A DNA stretch of 64,000 nucleotides from Octopus vulgaris (Eukaryota): assembly GCA_951406725.2 (NCBI GenBank), contig OX597815.1:149544001-149608000 (forward strand), in the 5' to 3' direction. Positions 1 to 12,934 of this stretch are shown here, one piece after another. How positions within the stretch are numbered: the stretch's first letter is position 1; every line of letters begins with the position of its first letter. The notes under the pieces were generated by a model that did not search any database, had not been told where the DNA came from, and worked only from the letters and a program-made list of their open reading frames with translations. A program made the position numbers and the translations under genes.

Positions 1-350
1 GTCCATCCCCTCCTCACCGTGGTGGGGACGCTGGCAACGGGTAGTGTCAGAGCTATGCCGTCAGGAACTTCGGTTTCTGGTAGGGCCACCCAAGGCGGAT
101 TGGTCTGACACCGAGTGGGTATTAGGGCCACAACCCGGCAGACGGGGCTCTGGTGAAAATCCTCGGAGTGTCTGTTTCGGGACCGGCGGCTCCTCGGTCG
201 TTCTGTCCCTGCGTCTTCGGACAATCTGCGGCAAACAGGATGGCTCTGCATGCGGGATTGTTGGGGACCGCTTGTGAAATCCACATATTCCCACGAAACT
301 TCTTCCATGGTAGAAGAAGCCGACTCAACCCGCCCAGGGTGAATGTCGCC
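1..350 (+). mobile_element. 5' UTR fragment of an RTE-clade LINE
   Basis: GC-rich island containing CCGTGGTGGGGACG...AGAGCTATGCCG...TAGGGCCACCCAAGGCGGA, which resembles (from memory) the conserved BovB/RTE 5' UTR motif GAGCTATGCCG...AGGGCCACCCAAG. No RTE ORF follows. Confidence 0.55.
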
Positions 351-399
351 ACAACTACAAGTATGGTTTTTGGTGGAAGCTATAGACATACAATGAAAT

Positions 400-620
400 G
401 GAGTATTGGTGAAATGTCCCAGTGAAAACCTCAATAAAATGTAAACAAAATATGCCTGGTAAAAGTATTGGGACCTGGGATATGGAACACTTCCTCAATA
501 CCAATCTTGAGAAATCAGGCTTTTCAAAGCCAGAAAGTAGAAAGCTGTTTCCAAGACTACACATTCAATCCATCACTGGAACTGTAAAAATCTGTAAAAC
601 ATCCCAGAAGTTTACCATTT
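400..620 (+). mobile_element. Degenerate 3' end of an RLE-type (R2/R4-group) non-LTR retrotransposon
   Basis: Translation LNTNLEKSGFSKPESRKLFPRLHIQSITGTVKICKTSQKF resembles the C-terminus after an RLE domain, and a microsatellite follows. Similarity judged by eye. Confidence 0.35.
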
Positions 621-879
621 ATATATGTATGTGCATGTCTAGATATGCAGGTCTATGCATGTAAATAAATGCATTAAACAACACATACAAATCTGTACGT
701 ATACATCCATACATCCATCCATTCATACATACATACATTCATACATACATGCATACATACATACATACAAAAATATCCTGTTGTCTGTGTTGAAATACAA
801 ATGAATGAGCCTTGGATCTAGGTTAGTGACTGGCTCTTTCTCTATTGGCAAGAAATCTTGAAATAAAACTGAATAATGA

Positions 880-965
880 TGTACATACATGCGTACATAC
901 GTTCATACATACATACATGTATGCATACACACATACATACATACATACATACATACATACATACA

Positions 966-999
<34 letters not shown>

Positions 1000-1020
1000 C
1001 ATACATACATACATACATAC
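880..1020. repeat. (CATA)n microsatellite
   Basis: Directly visible tandem CATA array; a shorter one lies at about 700-770. Confidence 0.95.
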
Positions 1021-2230
1021 GACATTGTCATGATAAGAAATCCTTCCCGATTCCAGTGTATGCTTTTTAACGCTGGTGATACCAGAATCATTCTAGATCT
1101 ATTTTTGTCTCCGAGTTTAGGATATGAAGACAATATTCGGTGATTAATTGGCTTGTATATTTATAAAATATTTTGTAATGTCATATATTCCAGAATATAT
1201 TATAAAATATCCCGGAATAATAGCCAAATGTCTGTGCCTGTATTGTAGTTTTATTATCTCGCTTGCTCCTTCATTAATTTGTATGGATCGTTCTTGCACA
1301 CGTCCTATTGCGTTTTGCTATATATTTGCCTACCTTGAATTTCTGCGAAATTAATTTCATCTGTTTAGGAATTGGATTTCTCTGTGATCCTATTCGGTAC
1401 CTTTTCCCAGATGCATCACCCTATATATACCCCACTGTTTGAGAGATGGGCTCCCTTTCATAGCTGATGAGTTCCTCACGAGAGCATGTTCCGTCTTCGA
1501 GGAAGGTGTGTAACATCTTCCATAAACTTTTTCAAAACTTTTTAGATTTTATATTTCGAGTTCCTTTTCATTCCTTTAGAAAATTCACCACTTCATCTTA
1601 ATCCCCATAGCTGTGGGAAGTTATGTTGATGCTGCTGTAGGGATTGTGGTTTCTTTCCCGCTCATTACAGGACAAGTATCACGTAACAAAATAAGATTTG
1701 GAATAGTGATTATAGAATGAAAGTAAGAAGCATCCATCCACCCACCCATCCATCTGTCCGTCCATTCTTATCACCAAACATGTTTTAGAGGGTTTAGGGA
1801 TAGAGTCTTTATGCATCTCCTCCATAGGCTCCTCTCGGAAGCAACCGGTATTACAGAGTCTGGCTGGCTCCCCAAGCGTGACCAACTAAACTACAGATAT
1901 TATTCAATTATATGACACTTCGACTACATCTAGATCTCCTGTCTGTTACCTTGAAATTCAAGAATATGCCTTACAATCCTTTTCTGTGTTTCCTCTTCCC
2001 TCTAATCCTTATGAAAATATGAGTTTCAGAATTTGATTATCCACACTTTCTCAGGGTCGAAGTTGGCTGAATGGAGAAAAAAAGCTGGCAAAGAATTATC
2101 TGCATCATGAAGAAAGTATTAGTTTAATATATGAATCTTATCGGCCAAATGCTTCTTATTACATTTTAATATAATATACATATTAATATAATAAAACATG
2201 CGCATTTAGATTGACCGTTTCCTCGTTGTT

Positions 2231-2283
<53 letters not shown>

Positions 2284-3134
2284 TCAACTAGTGATAGAAA
2301 ATAACATATAATGAGAGATTTTTGTGAAACATATTGAAAGAATGTTCAATGAGTAACGTATCTTTAGGTCTTTTCATTTATAACAAGTGAATAATGATGC
2401 TATTTGCCACAAAATTCCACACGCTTATTTTGAATGTCATTTTCTGATGTGAATGGAGAGAGGACGAGAGAGAGAGAGAGAGAGAGAGAGGAGACTATAT
2501 TTTCATTAGAAATGTTAGAAACCCTATTTATTTGAAGAACACTTTTCAAGTATGAAATATAAAATACACGCATGTTAAAAACATAGAAAAAGGTTAATAT
2601 TTACAAATATACAAATGTCAGGAAAATATATACATTTGATATATGAATAAAAGCTTCGGGGTTAATGTATTGGTTGTCTGTCTGGAAAGACCTGGTCTGA
2701 TCGAATTCCGTGCTATATTCTATACACTTATTGAAAGGAATTTGTAAAGGCTTTTCATTAAACGTAAGCATGTTTATTTCTAAAATAGCATTTTGTGTTC
2801 AGTTATTCCAGTGACTCGTTTTTAATTTATTTTTTAATATTACTGGGAATTGATTGCAATGTGTAGCACATTTTACTGCAGTCGTATTATAGTGCTTGTA
2901 TTTATCGTATTAAATTAATATTTCTGTTATGATAACTATATTTTGTGCATGCTTAGTAGAGTTCGTCTGTAATGGAACGTGCTTTTTTCGTTTAAAATGT
3001 ATATGATTTCTATTTAGATTATATCCCTGCTTTACCATTAGATAAATCGGTTGATAACATTTTTTAGAGAACCTACTACTTGTGTAGTTTAGTTCAAGAG
3101 TCGTTATTCTTGGATCATCGAATACAACTTGTAA

Positions 3135-3302
3135 TATATGTGTATGGTGTGTGCGTTTGTCCCCCCATCCCCACCAACATCACTTGACAACCGATGCTGG
3201 TGTGTTTACGGCCCCGTAACTAAGCGGTTAGGAAAAAGGGACCGATAGAATAAGGACTAGGCTTACAAAGAATAAGTTCTGGGGTCGTTTTGCTCAACTA
3301 TA
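3135..3302 (+). mobile_element. SINE family 1, 3' half
   Basis: AACATCACTTGACAACCGATGCTGGTGTGTTTACG...GACCGATAGAATAAG...GGCTTACAAAGAATAAG matches the 3' half of the full copy at 29208-29688. Confidence 0.85.
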
Positions 3303-3748
3303 TCGTTCAATATACACACATGCATAAACATACATATGTAAGTATATACATATACAGTTCCACAGTCATAAACGGATGACTATATATATATGTGCGTGTG
3401 TGTGTGCCTGTGTGCGTATGTGTGTATACGTATGTGTGTACGTGAGTGTACGTGGGTGTATGTGAGTGTAGATCAACCACATAAAAAATTAAGACGATGT
3501 TGTTACATAACTTTATTCAAGATTACGATCGATTTGGATGAACAGAGGAATTATTTTTCCTTATATATTTGCGTATTCACTTGGATTTCTGCAATCCTTT
3601 ATTTCTATCTTTCGAAATGAGGAGTAGACAACTGATTAAGGGTCGTTCTCTGTGTTACTTGTTCTGTTTTCTATTTCTCTCTCTCGTTGCTTGCGTATTT
3701 ATCTCGTTTGTTTTCGTACATCATGTTGTTTAAACAGTTAGTGACGTC

Positions 3749-3827
<79 letters not shown>

Positions 3828-4527
3828 TAGAAAAAAACACCTTTAATCAATTCAAAATGAACAATTAAATTACACCATCAAGACAATTTTCTATTTTTTT
3901 ATAAATATATTATATTGTCTGAAATTTGATTTAGTATTTATAAATTGAATTTTTTTCCTTGTAAGTTTGGATTTTATTCCCTCAAATTATTATATATATA
4001 TGTATGTATGCATGTATGTATGTATGTATGTATGTATATACACATATATATATCATATATGTCTAGGTAGATAGATAGACATGCATGCATATATATATAT
4101 ATGTGTGTGTGTGTTTGTGCTTGTGTGTGTAGCGGGTATGTTATTGTGTAACTATGTGTTAAAACAAATACTAAATATTTCACTTATATTTCAAAATTCT
4201 GCAGGAATATCTACTGTTTGATTACAGCAAAATTCAAGCGTATGAACATTGCGTGATGTAAGATACGCAATGAATTAATTTGAATGTGACGCCAAAACTA
4301 TTTCTTCAGGACATAAAATTGCTAATTGCACTAAACGAGTTTCTTTCTGTAAATATATTGCTCGAAATATTTGTTTCAGAAAATTGATGCCTAAGTAAAC
4401 TTATTTCTCATGATAGATTTTATATTGAAGCAAAATACGTTGAACTGGTCTGGATGGTAAAAAATTATGATATTAAATTCATTGAATATAATTTTTAAAT
4501 GCAAAAAGCATCAATCCGTGGTGTGTG

Positions 4528-4568
<41 letters not shown>

Positions 4569-4899
4569 GTTTATGTGTGTTGGAAAATTATTCTACTCTG
4601 TGCAACTTAAAATATATGGTATGTTTTGTTTTACCTTATATTGTGTTTTTTTTTTTTACTTTATCTTCTTTCTATTTCTTTGAAGTGTTACATATCTGAA
4701 ATGTGTTAAATACTAGAAATATGCTATATCATGACATCCCCAAAACAAATTGTTTATATCACAAATTGTATTTTTTACAATTTACCAAACCCTCTACAAT
4801 CGTGAATGAAATGTTTATTTCACAGGCCCTTATTATCATACAAGATATTAATATCAGATTATTCTATCCAATTATTACTGGCATAGCAGTGGTCTTCGA

Positions 4900-5900
4900 C
4901 GGTGTTCGTTACCGTAAGATAAGGACAAACATTTAAAAAATCCTCGTGATCAACATATAGCAATGTTCATGGTTGACCAATAACTTGTTTCTTTTATCTG
5001 ATACACTGTGTATCTTGTCATTCGTCTTGCATAATCTGGCTGCATTTGTTGACGACATTTTGTAAATCTGAAATCTTTAATTTTGTTACCCGAATACTTT
5101 GAAAAACATATCACTTCTTCAAAATGTATCTCACATTTACCAGATTATCGACTATCAATAAAGGAAGGCGTTTACCAAGATGGCTATTATCTGGAAATAG
5201 CATTTAAATAACAAAATCATTCTTTATAATTTTGACACTATGAAAGCTCTTTATTAATTTTTTAGTTCAATTTTTTCATCAAGAATTTTGAGAAAATCAA
5301 GAACTTGTAGCGTCTTCGTTTTTTTTTCTTTCTTTTTTTTTTTTTTTTTTTTTTTTTACTAATTCTCAGAATCTCTTTTCATGGATGCAGACATATTAAT
5401 TGTTGCAAACAACTGTAAGCTTTAGTGTTAGAAAAGGAACCCTTTATCCACCTACGTTCAGTTAACACTGTTATACAATTATCCATGTTGTATAAATGTA
5501 TAATTTATTGATTGTTGACATGGTAAAGATTAATATTATGTTTAAGAATAAACAGATCGCCGCATATTATAAACATAACTATCCTGCATCATGATCATTA
5601 TACAAGCACAGTCTGGTTAGTCCTCATACTAGATTTACATCGTTTATCCAATAGAAAGGCTGAAAGCATTGTTATTTGCAGATTAAAAGTAGTTAATCTC
5701 AGCAACACCAGCACAATATCAATGCAATAATGTAGTTCAAGTCAAACCCAAGTTCTCGTTAATAAACAACTAATATCCTTAGTCGCTAGAAAAGTTACAT
5801 CTTTTACACTACTACGGATAGTTTCATATCTAAGTAAATATCTGAAGAATAGGAAAGTAGTGGAGGTTAATGTGATGAACGTAACAGCTCCATCATTTAA
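4900..5900 (-). mobile_element. Possible very old DNA transposon (piggyBac-like) remnant
   Basis: Scattered minus-strand peptide fragments loosely recall the piggyBac YN..GGVD region and Cys-rich C-terminus. Heavily degraded, no TIRs found. Confidence 0.25.
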
Positions 5901-6001
5901 ACATACCCCGTTCTCGTACATGTGCGCGTTAAATCGAAAATAAGGCAACGATAATTCAATTGTCGCTGCTTAGAGATCATGTCTACAGACACGCACATAT
6001 G

Positions 6002-6047
<46 letters not shown>

Positions 6048-6136
6048 TATATATATATATATATATATATACATACATGTGTGTGTATGTGCTTGTACCT
6101 ATATACATATATATATATACATATATATACATGTGT

Positions 6137-6480
6137 TACCAACCACATGGTTCTGGGTTCAGTCCCACTGCGTGACACTTTGGGCAAGTGTCTTCTTCTA
6201 TAGCCTCGGGCCGACCAAATACTTGTGAGTGGATTTGGTGGACGGAAACTGAAAGAAGCCCGTCTAATATATGTATATGCCTGTGTTTGTCCCCCCCCAA
6301 CATCACTTGACAACCAATGCTGTTGTGTTTAGGCCCCCGTAACTAAGCGTCTCGGCAAAAGGGACCGATAGAATAAGTACTAGGCTTACAAAGAATAAGT
6401 TCTGGAGACATTTTGCTCAACTAAAAGCGTTGCTCCAGTATCCTCGCAGTCAAATGACTGAAACAAGTAAAGGAAAAGAA
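6137..6480 (+). mobile_element. SINE family 1, near full-length (tRNA-like head, CORE-like segment, LINE-derived tail)
   Basis: B-box GGTTCAGTCCC, CACTTTGGGCAAGTGTCTTC, short internal microsatellite, tail GCTCCAG..GCAGTCAAATGACTGAAACAAG. Confidence 0.9.
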
Positions 6481-6486
6481 AGAAAG

Positions 6487-6561
<75 letters not shown>

Positions 6562-6562
<1 letters not shown>

Positions 6563-7742
6563 TAGCTGAAGGTGACCCGCTCTACGCGCGGGTAAGAGTG
6601 TGGGTGTTACTTTCTGTTGCTTCCTTTCAGCACGTAAAAAGCACCATCCGAACGTGGCCGATTGCAGCACCGCCTTGACTTGCTTCTGTGCCGGTGGCAC
6701 GTAAAAAGCACCAACCGATCGTTGCCACTGCGAGAACCCCTGGCACCAGTGCCGTCGGCACGAAAAAAGCACTCACCACACTCACAGAGCGGTTGGCGTT
6801 AGGAAGGTCATCCACCTGTAGAAACACTGCCAGATCAGACTGGAGCCTGGTGCAGCCTCCTGGCTTCCGAGACCCCGGTCACACTGCCCCACCCGTGCTA
6901 GCACGGAAAACGGGCGTTAAACGATGATGATGATGATGATTCTCCGTATTTGTTTCTCTCTCACTTTCCCACTCTCTTACTTTTCATTTCTCTCGGACTC
7001 TCCCTCGCTTTCTCTTACTCTCTATCTTTATCTATCTCTCTCCAACAGAAGATCTTGAGTAAGTTGAGAAATAAAATATTTAGAAAGATCAATCAGAAAT
7101 ATGAGGCAGTGGCAATGGAAAGGTCTGCTTCAAGGCAGACAGCAAAACGCTAACATTTAAAAGGGACAGACGAACTTGCGAGCTGAATAAAAATAATAAA
7201 ATATTGGAAACCAAAGTTTGAAGGGATAGAATCTGAGGATAGTAGAGTCACCATGGCTGGCATTTGTTAACGACGGACAGCAACGTAGTGACAGTTTAAC
7301 GGCTGGCGTAAAATTTGGAACTTGATGTAAAAGAAAATTCGTAAACACCAAGTTTTGAAGTGATTCTTTCTCACGACAGTAGACTCACCATGGCAAGCAT
7401 TCAAAACTTCTTTATCATGGACGGCAACACATTGACGATTAAAAGGCTGCCACAAATTTTTTAGCTTGATGTAACAGAGAATTCCTAAACACCCGTTCCT
7501 TGAAATTTTAATCCCCTTCCAGCCCCATTTAGACCCCTTTTCACATTTTGGTTAATATAACCCGATTTCATTCGGGTCTACTGGGGCCACATTTTATAAG
7601 ATGAGGAATTTTGTCCTAGAGGTGACGCCTTTCATTTGAGGAACAAAATAGTTGTCATGGAAACTTGTCAGCACCTTTAACATAGGTGTGCATATTTTGA
7701 GCTGAATCGACCGACTACGTAATGCACACATTATATATATAT
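6562..7742 (-). mobile_element. Non-autonomous Helitron (interrupted by a SINE-like element)
   Basis: Minus strand ends ACCCGC-GCGTAGA-GCGGGT hairpin + CACCTTCAG-CTAG|T. Internal ~140 bp diverged duplication (7205-7495). The putative 5' end merges with a TA tract near 7740, so the right boundary is uncertain. Confidence 0.55.
6628..6940 (+). mobile_element. SINE-like element 3' part with RTE-type (GAT)n tail
   Basis: Three GCACG(T/A)AAAAAGCAC subrepeats, motif GGTTGGCGTTAGGAAGG.CATCCA.C.GTAGAAAC, ends GGGCGTTAAAC(GAT)n. Confidence 0.7.
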
Positions 7743-7916
7743 GTGTATATATATATATGTGTGTGTGTGTGTGCACGCATTATATATACAAATGTATACA
7801 AATGAGATATATATCTGTATAAATTAAATTAGAGATAAAACCACTAATAGGCAAATCAAACAGTGAAAAACCAAAAACAAAAACATAAAAAAAGAAAATA
7901 TAACATAGAAAATATA

Positions 7917-8829
7917 TCTATATATATAAAACTGTAGTTGTGTGAGTGTGTGTCCCCTTCGATTTAGATTCCTAACTACTCCCACATTTTGCGATGCAGT
8001 TTAACCAAATTCGGGTATCTTATAGTCGTGATTCATATCGAGCCCGGCTGGGTATTAGCGCGCGTCTACGATGAGTCTACGATTTAAAAATAATTTAACA
8101 TCATTTTTTATTCCATTTTAATGCATATTTTTTCGTGTGTCGATGGCGGCGGAGTTGGCGTGCACGCTCACGCCTGCACCTGTGTTGCTTCTCCCCCTTC
8201 TTCCCTCCCTCGTGAAGCTGTGGGGAAGGGAGTGTAAGGAAATCAACGTCGTAATGCGTTGTCAAGGAGACCAGCGTTCTTTTAGAACAACGACTTCATG
8301 GCTTCAAGTCGCCAAAACAGAAATTGCTAAAAAAGCTGAAACGGATCCACAAAAACGGCAAAAACCGCCACACAGGTCAGGTTTCCTGTGCAAACAAATT
8401 GCACAACCGAATGTTTTAGTTGTTGCACAAATTTTTATATATAAAAGTAAGGTTGTGTGTCTGTCTCCTACGATTTAGATTCCTAACTACTCCCACATTT
8501 TGCGGTGCAGTGTAAGCAAAACCGGGTATCTTATAGTCGTGATTCATATCGAGCCCTTTTGGGTATTAGCGCGCGTCTACGATGAGTCTACGATTTAAAA
8601 AAAAATTTACCATCATTTTTTATTCCATTTTAATGCATTTTTCGCAATTATATAAGGGAAGTAACTCTCTAAAAATGTCTACGATGAGTCAACGATTTAA
8701 AAAAAAATTTACTATAATTTTTTATTCCATTTTTAATGCATTTTTTGCTATTTTTTTGCTATAACTCACTAAAATGCTTATATAGTTATTTCCCTTACAA
8801 ACCCGAGCAACGCCGGGCGATACTGCTAG
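7917..8829 (+). mobile_element. Non-autonomous Helitron with duplicated 5' module
   Basis: Starts A|TCTATATATATAAAA and ends with hairpin CCCGAGCAACGCCGGG followed by CGATACTGCTAG|T. A|T target with no TSD. 7920-8130 is repeated at 8435-8640. Confidence 0.85.
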
Positions 8830-8964
8830 TAAAATATAAAATTGAAAACTTTAAATTATTTAAATTGAAAATAAAAATTATTAAATTATATTTATAATTT
8901 GTTTAAAAATATATATAACTATGAAAAAGTTTAATATACATAAATACAGATATATACACTTTGT

Positions 8965-9108
8965 ATATATACATTATATATACATATTTATATATAGAAC
9001 ACACACACACACACATACATTATATATACATATTTATATATAGAACACACACACACACACATACATTATATATACATATTTATATATAGAACACACACAC
9101 ACACACAT
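8965..9108. repeat. Minisatellite, ~46 bp unit x3
   Basis: Unit ATACATTATATATACATATTTATATATAGAACACACACACACACAC repeated three times. Confidence 0.85.
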
Positions 9109-9109
9109 A

Positions 9110-9518
9110 TAAATGAACGCAAGAATATCTGATTCATCATATTTGTTCTCATGCTCGCGTGTTGTTTGTTGGTGACAGACATATACTTAAAAGAACGCCG
9201 CCGAAGTGATAGGAAGGTAGGAAACAGAGTCAGTGAAAAAGAAAGGAAATAGCGATAGTGACAGATACTTTAAATAACCGTAGTGGACTTCTGAAATTTA
9301 TGAAGAGGAGTGACAGAGTACTGGAGGAAATAGGGTGAGGTAGGAAGATGGCCCCTAGCAACCACACCTTTTAAGATAGGGATTTCTAAGGTAACCCACG
9401 CGCATTGTCACCTCATTCTACATGTCCCTGTAAATTTTGGAGCGAATCGGACGGGATGTAGTGGCATTGAAAGCCATCCAAGCGGTAAAAACGCATTTCA
9501 GTTTTATATATAGAAGAT
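9110..9518 (-). mobile_element. Helitron 5' fragment
   Basis: Minus strand begins A|TCTTCTATATATAAAACTG and carries TCCGATTCGCTCCAAAATTT, similar to the Helitron at 51331. No 3' CTAG hairpin seen. Confidence 0.5.
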
Positions 9519-9546
9519 ATATAGATATATAGATATATATATAAAG

Positions 9547-9770
9547 TTAATCCAAACAAGAAAACACAGAAAAAAAGAGAAAAAAACACAGCAACGCAGG
9601 ACGTGGAACAATTAAAGTATTATTGACGCTCAGGAAAGAAGGGAAGGAGGGTGTAACGTTTCGAGCGGAGCTCTTCGTCGGAAACACGGAGAAGGAAAGG
9701 TCCCAAGGAGGGAAGACAGAGGAGAAAATATTTGAGCTGGTGGTGCTTAAGAGATCACATGTTGAAAAAA
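9547..9770 (-). mobile_element. Short Penelope pLTR-like element with degenerate minimal hammerhead (9651-9687)
   Basis: Minus strand GTTT-CCGACGA-AGAGCTCCGCTC-GAAA-CG-TT-ACAC; related to elements at 33170-33410 and 51711-51893; flanked by TA tracts. Confidence 0.55.
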
Positions 9771-10095
9771 AAATATATATATATATATATAAGGATGATA
9801 TCATTATAAAAATAACGATCATATCAATGCCAGCATGAAATAAAAACCATATAGGTGAGAATTAATATAGATAAATAATTATATAAATGTAATTATAATA
9901 AGGGTACTGAAGATGTTTTAAATCATTTTTGCTCATTCCCTCGCTTTTCACCAGTGCTAAAGGAGTTCACAATGCAGTTTTAGAGTCATTTTGACATCTA
10001 TTTCTAGCGTGTTAGTGCTGTTCTCAGTACATTTAATTATGATTATATTTATATAATCCTATATTTATACCTGTATATCTATATCTGTCTATCTA

Positions 10096-10205
<110 letters not shown>

Positions 10206-12934
10206 CGTGTGTGTGTGCGTGCGTGCGTGCGTGTGCGCGTGTGTGTGTGATACAATGTGTAGTGCTATCGTTGTTGTGTTGTGCTGATACAGCTGACAAA
10301 CGACAATAGTAGCATTTTTACGTTTTAGCATATAGTTTAGTGTTTAAATAGTGAAAAGTATGTTTATGGCAATAAAATAATTCATATTTCATATTATATA
10401 AGTTGAAGGTGTATAAGAGAGGGTAAGATAGTGAAGTAGAATGATTTTATGAGTTATCTTCTTTGAATGGTTTCAACAACATACGAATTGTTGTATATGA
10501 CAGATCATTATTCACCCATTCAAAACTTCTAAATCTTTATAGCAAGTGACGTATGAATACCGAATCTGTAAGATAGGGAGATAGGCAGAAATAACGAAAG
10601 ATAATCCAGGAAAAATAATTAAATCCAGTAATTCACCCGTACTTTATTTATCGTTCCCTTAATGGAGGGGATATAAACATGATTTCTGTGGGAATTGAAC
10701 CCAGAGAGTTTGAACTGATAGTATTCAGGATTTTATTCAACTTTCTATCAACATTGCCCCTTCACCATCTTGTCCACATGTTAATTTGAATATTACTGTA
10801 AATGTTTAACAGTTTACAATTCAACTCATGAGATCAGATTAATATTCCAAAAGTTAACCACATCAAAAGAAATATGAATCAAAGAGATATGTATGTATAT
10901 ATATGTATATATATATACATATATGGAGAGACATACTCTTCATAAAATAAAGTTAAATATAAATACAATCCATCTCTATATATACGCGCGTACGTAGACA
11001 GTCATATATAATCATAATGCTATTCGTTTGCCTATATTTAAATTAATACACCTGCTGTTGAATTACTTTCGCAATATGCATCAGTCGAATGCATTCCAAG
11101 ATATAATGAATTGCTACGCTTTACATATGGAAATCAGTTATTAAATCACCTCACTCCCTGTTGGTATTCTGGTCTTGGATCAAACTTGGGGATACATAAA
11201 TGATATATTTCATTATCAGAGGTGAATATATTGCTCGATCTGTTTGGAAATATTTTGAACAAATCAGATTTAAACGCAGTAATAATAAACGTAAATGTTA
11301 ACCAAGTAACACAAACTATAGAGATTAAAGCCACGGGAATATATAGACTTGTCACTCTTGATTATTAAATTTTACAAAGCCGTTTCCTATCTAATTCTAA
11401 TTTAAAGTTAAGTTCAACTGCTTAGTTATGGCTTTCGTTGCAAATTTATATTGGCGTGTATATGAAAACACGTTCATTGTCGGTATTATTTTCTGTTATC
11501 AGTAGTAGAATAAGTGTTACTGTTTGGGTGATGTAGATAATGGGTGTCGAGGGCGATATGTAATATTTATGGAAGCATTAGAATATGTTAAACGTTCAAT
11601 TATCAGTCAGTTCAAGATGATAAAATATTTAAAATATATGAATTGACAGCTTTCAAACCATAATAGTTTAACTTAAATAAGTTGCCTTCATTAAACAAAT
11701 GTGAATTATGAAGCATAAAACATTTAAAAAAATCATTACACTTACTTTTAAATGAAACGTATGATTAAAAGTGACGCATGGTAAATATTTAATTTTTTTC
11801 ATGCAATATTAAATATTGACAACAAAGCTAATAGGAAAACAAAAATATGTATATATTATTAAACAAGCGTAAAAACTTTACAAAGAGAGAAAAAAACATA
11901 ACGAGTAATAATGCACCTGACAGTATATATTTCGCTTAAATTTACAATTCCGACGTCTGTTTGTAAATATTTGTTTTGAATATTTGAATTATTCAGACAT
12001 TCAATACTATGTACATGTATTTAGTGGTGTAATACTAGACGAATATACAAACAGAAAATCTTATATTTGCAATTTTCGCTTTGTGATTCTTTTGTTTGTG
12101 TGCAATAATCACACACTGCAACAGTTTATGCACACACACACGTACACTTACAGACATATACTTGTATGTGTGTACGTGTGAGTGTGTGTATGTGTTTGCG
12201 TTTGTGTATGTGTCTGTATGTGTGTGTGCGTAAACTGTTAAAAGGAGTTGAATAACGCAATTTATTTTCTCAAAAATTTTTCAAAATTTTGATACAGACA
12301 TATAAATTAAATGTTGGGCGTCAGCCAATTACTTCGGTCTCAGTACATTTTCCCAAGGCTGAAATAAGGATGATGAAAGTTGACCCATAAAGGAACTGAA
12401 CTCATTACATAAAAAAACTGGAACAAAAAGACGCAAATCATTGTTTCCGACGCTGTCACCATACCAACAATGGGGTAGGAATTCCAACCACGTTTCGTGG
12501 TTCGCTACGTCAACAGCTCCTTTATAGGATCCAGTGTCTAAAGACATCATCAGGTAGAACCACATCCCGTTTGGGGCACTACCCCTCTACCGTTTTCGAC
12601 CTGGCACCTCCCACTTTCGGATGTGTCTTCAGCTCTGGCGTTGAGTGCGTTTTTTCTTTCTCCGTTCTTCTTTCGTTCTTTGGTTTCTTCCATGCAGCGA
12701 CAACGAATGTCAGCGTGCGATTACGTTAGGAGGAAGTGGGGGGTGAACATACCAAAGGTAAAATTGTATACAAATATGTTGAAAGAGTCAATAAGTTCAG
12801 TGGCATTGGTTTTGATAAGTGGGTTGTAGATGGTCAAAATCAATCATGCGTAGAGCATGCGTCGAGTAAAACAAGTGTACATAGGAAGTGAAAAAAATCT
12901 TAAGTAGGAAAAATATATATAAATGAGGTCATAC

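Noticed and set aside
1464-1500. CTGATGA motif
   Set aside because: No stem II-GAAA partner downstream.
1030-1680. Possible decayed retroelement coding fragment
   Set aside because: No diagnostic motif could be read with confidence in any frame; left unclassified.
8965-9108. CRISPR-like or otherwise functional repeat array
   Set aside because: Simple head-to-tail minisatellite built from microsatellite pieces, no unique spacers, eukaryotic context.
12478-12562. Minus-strand hammerhead candidate CTGATGA...GAAACGTG
   Set aside because: Stem II does not close next to the core and the cleavage triplet would end in G; at most a heavily decayed relic.
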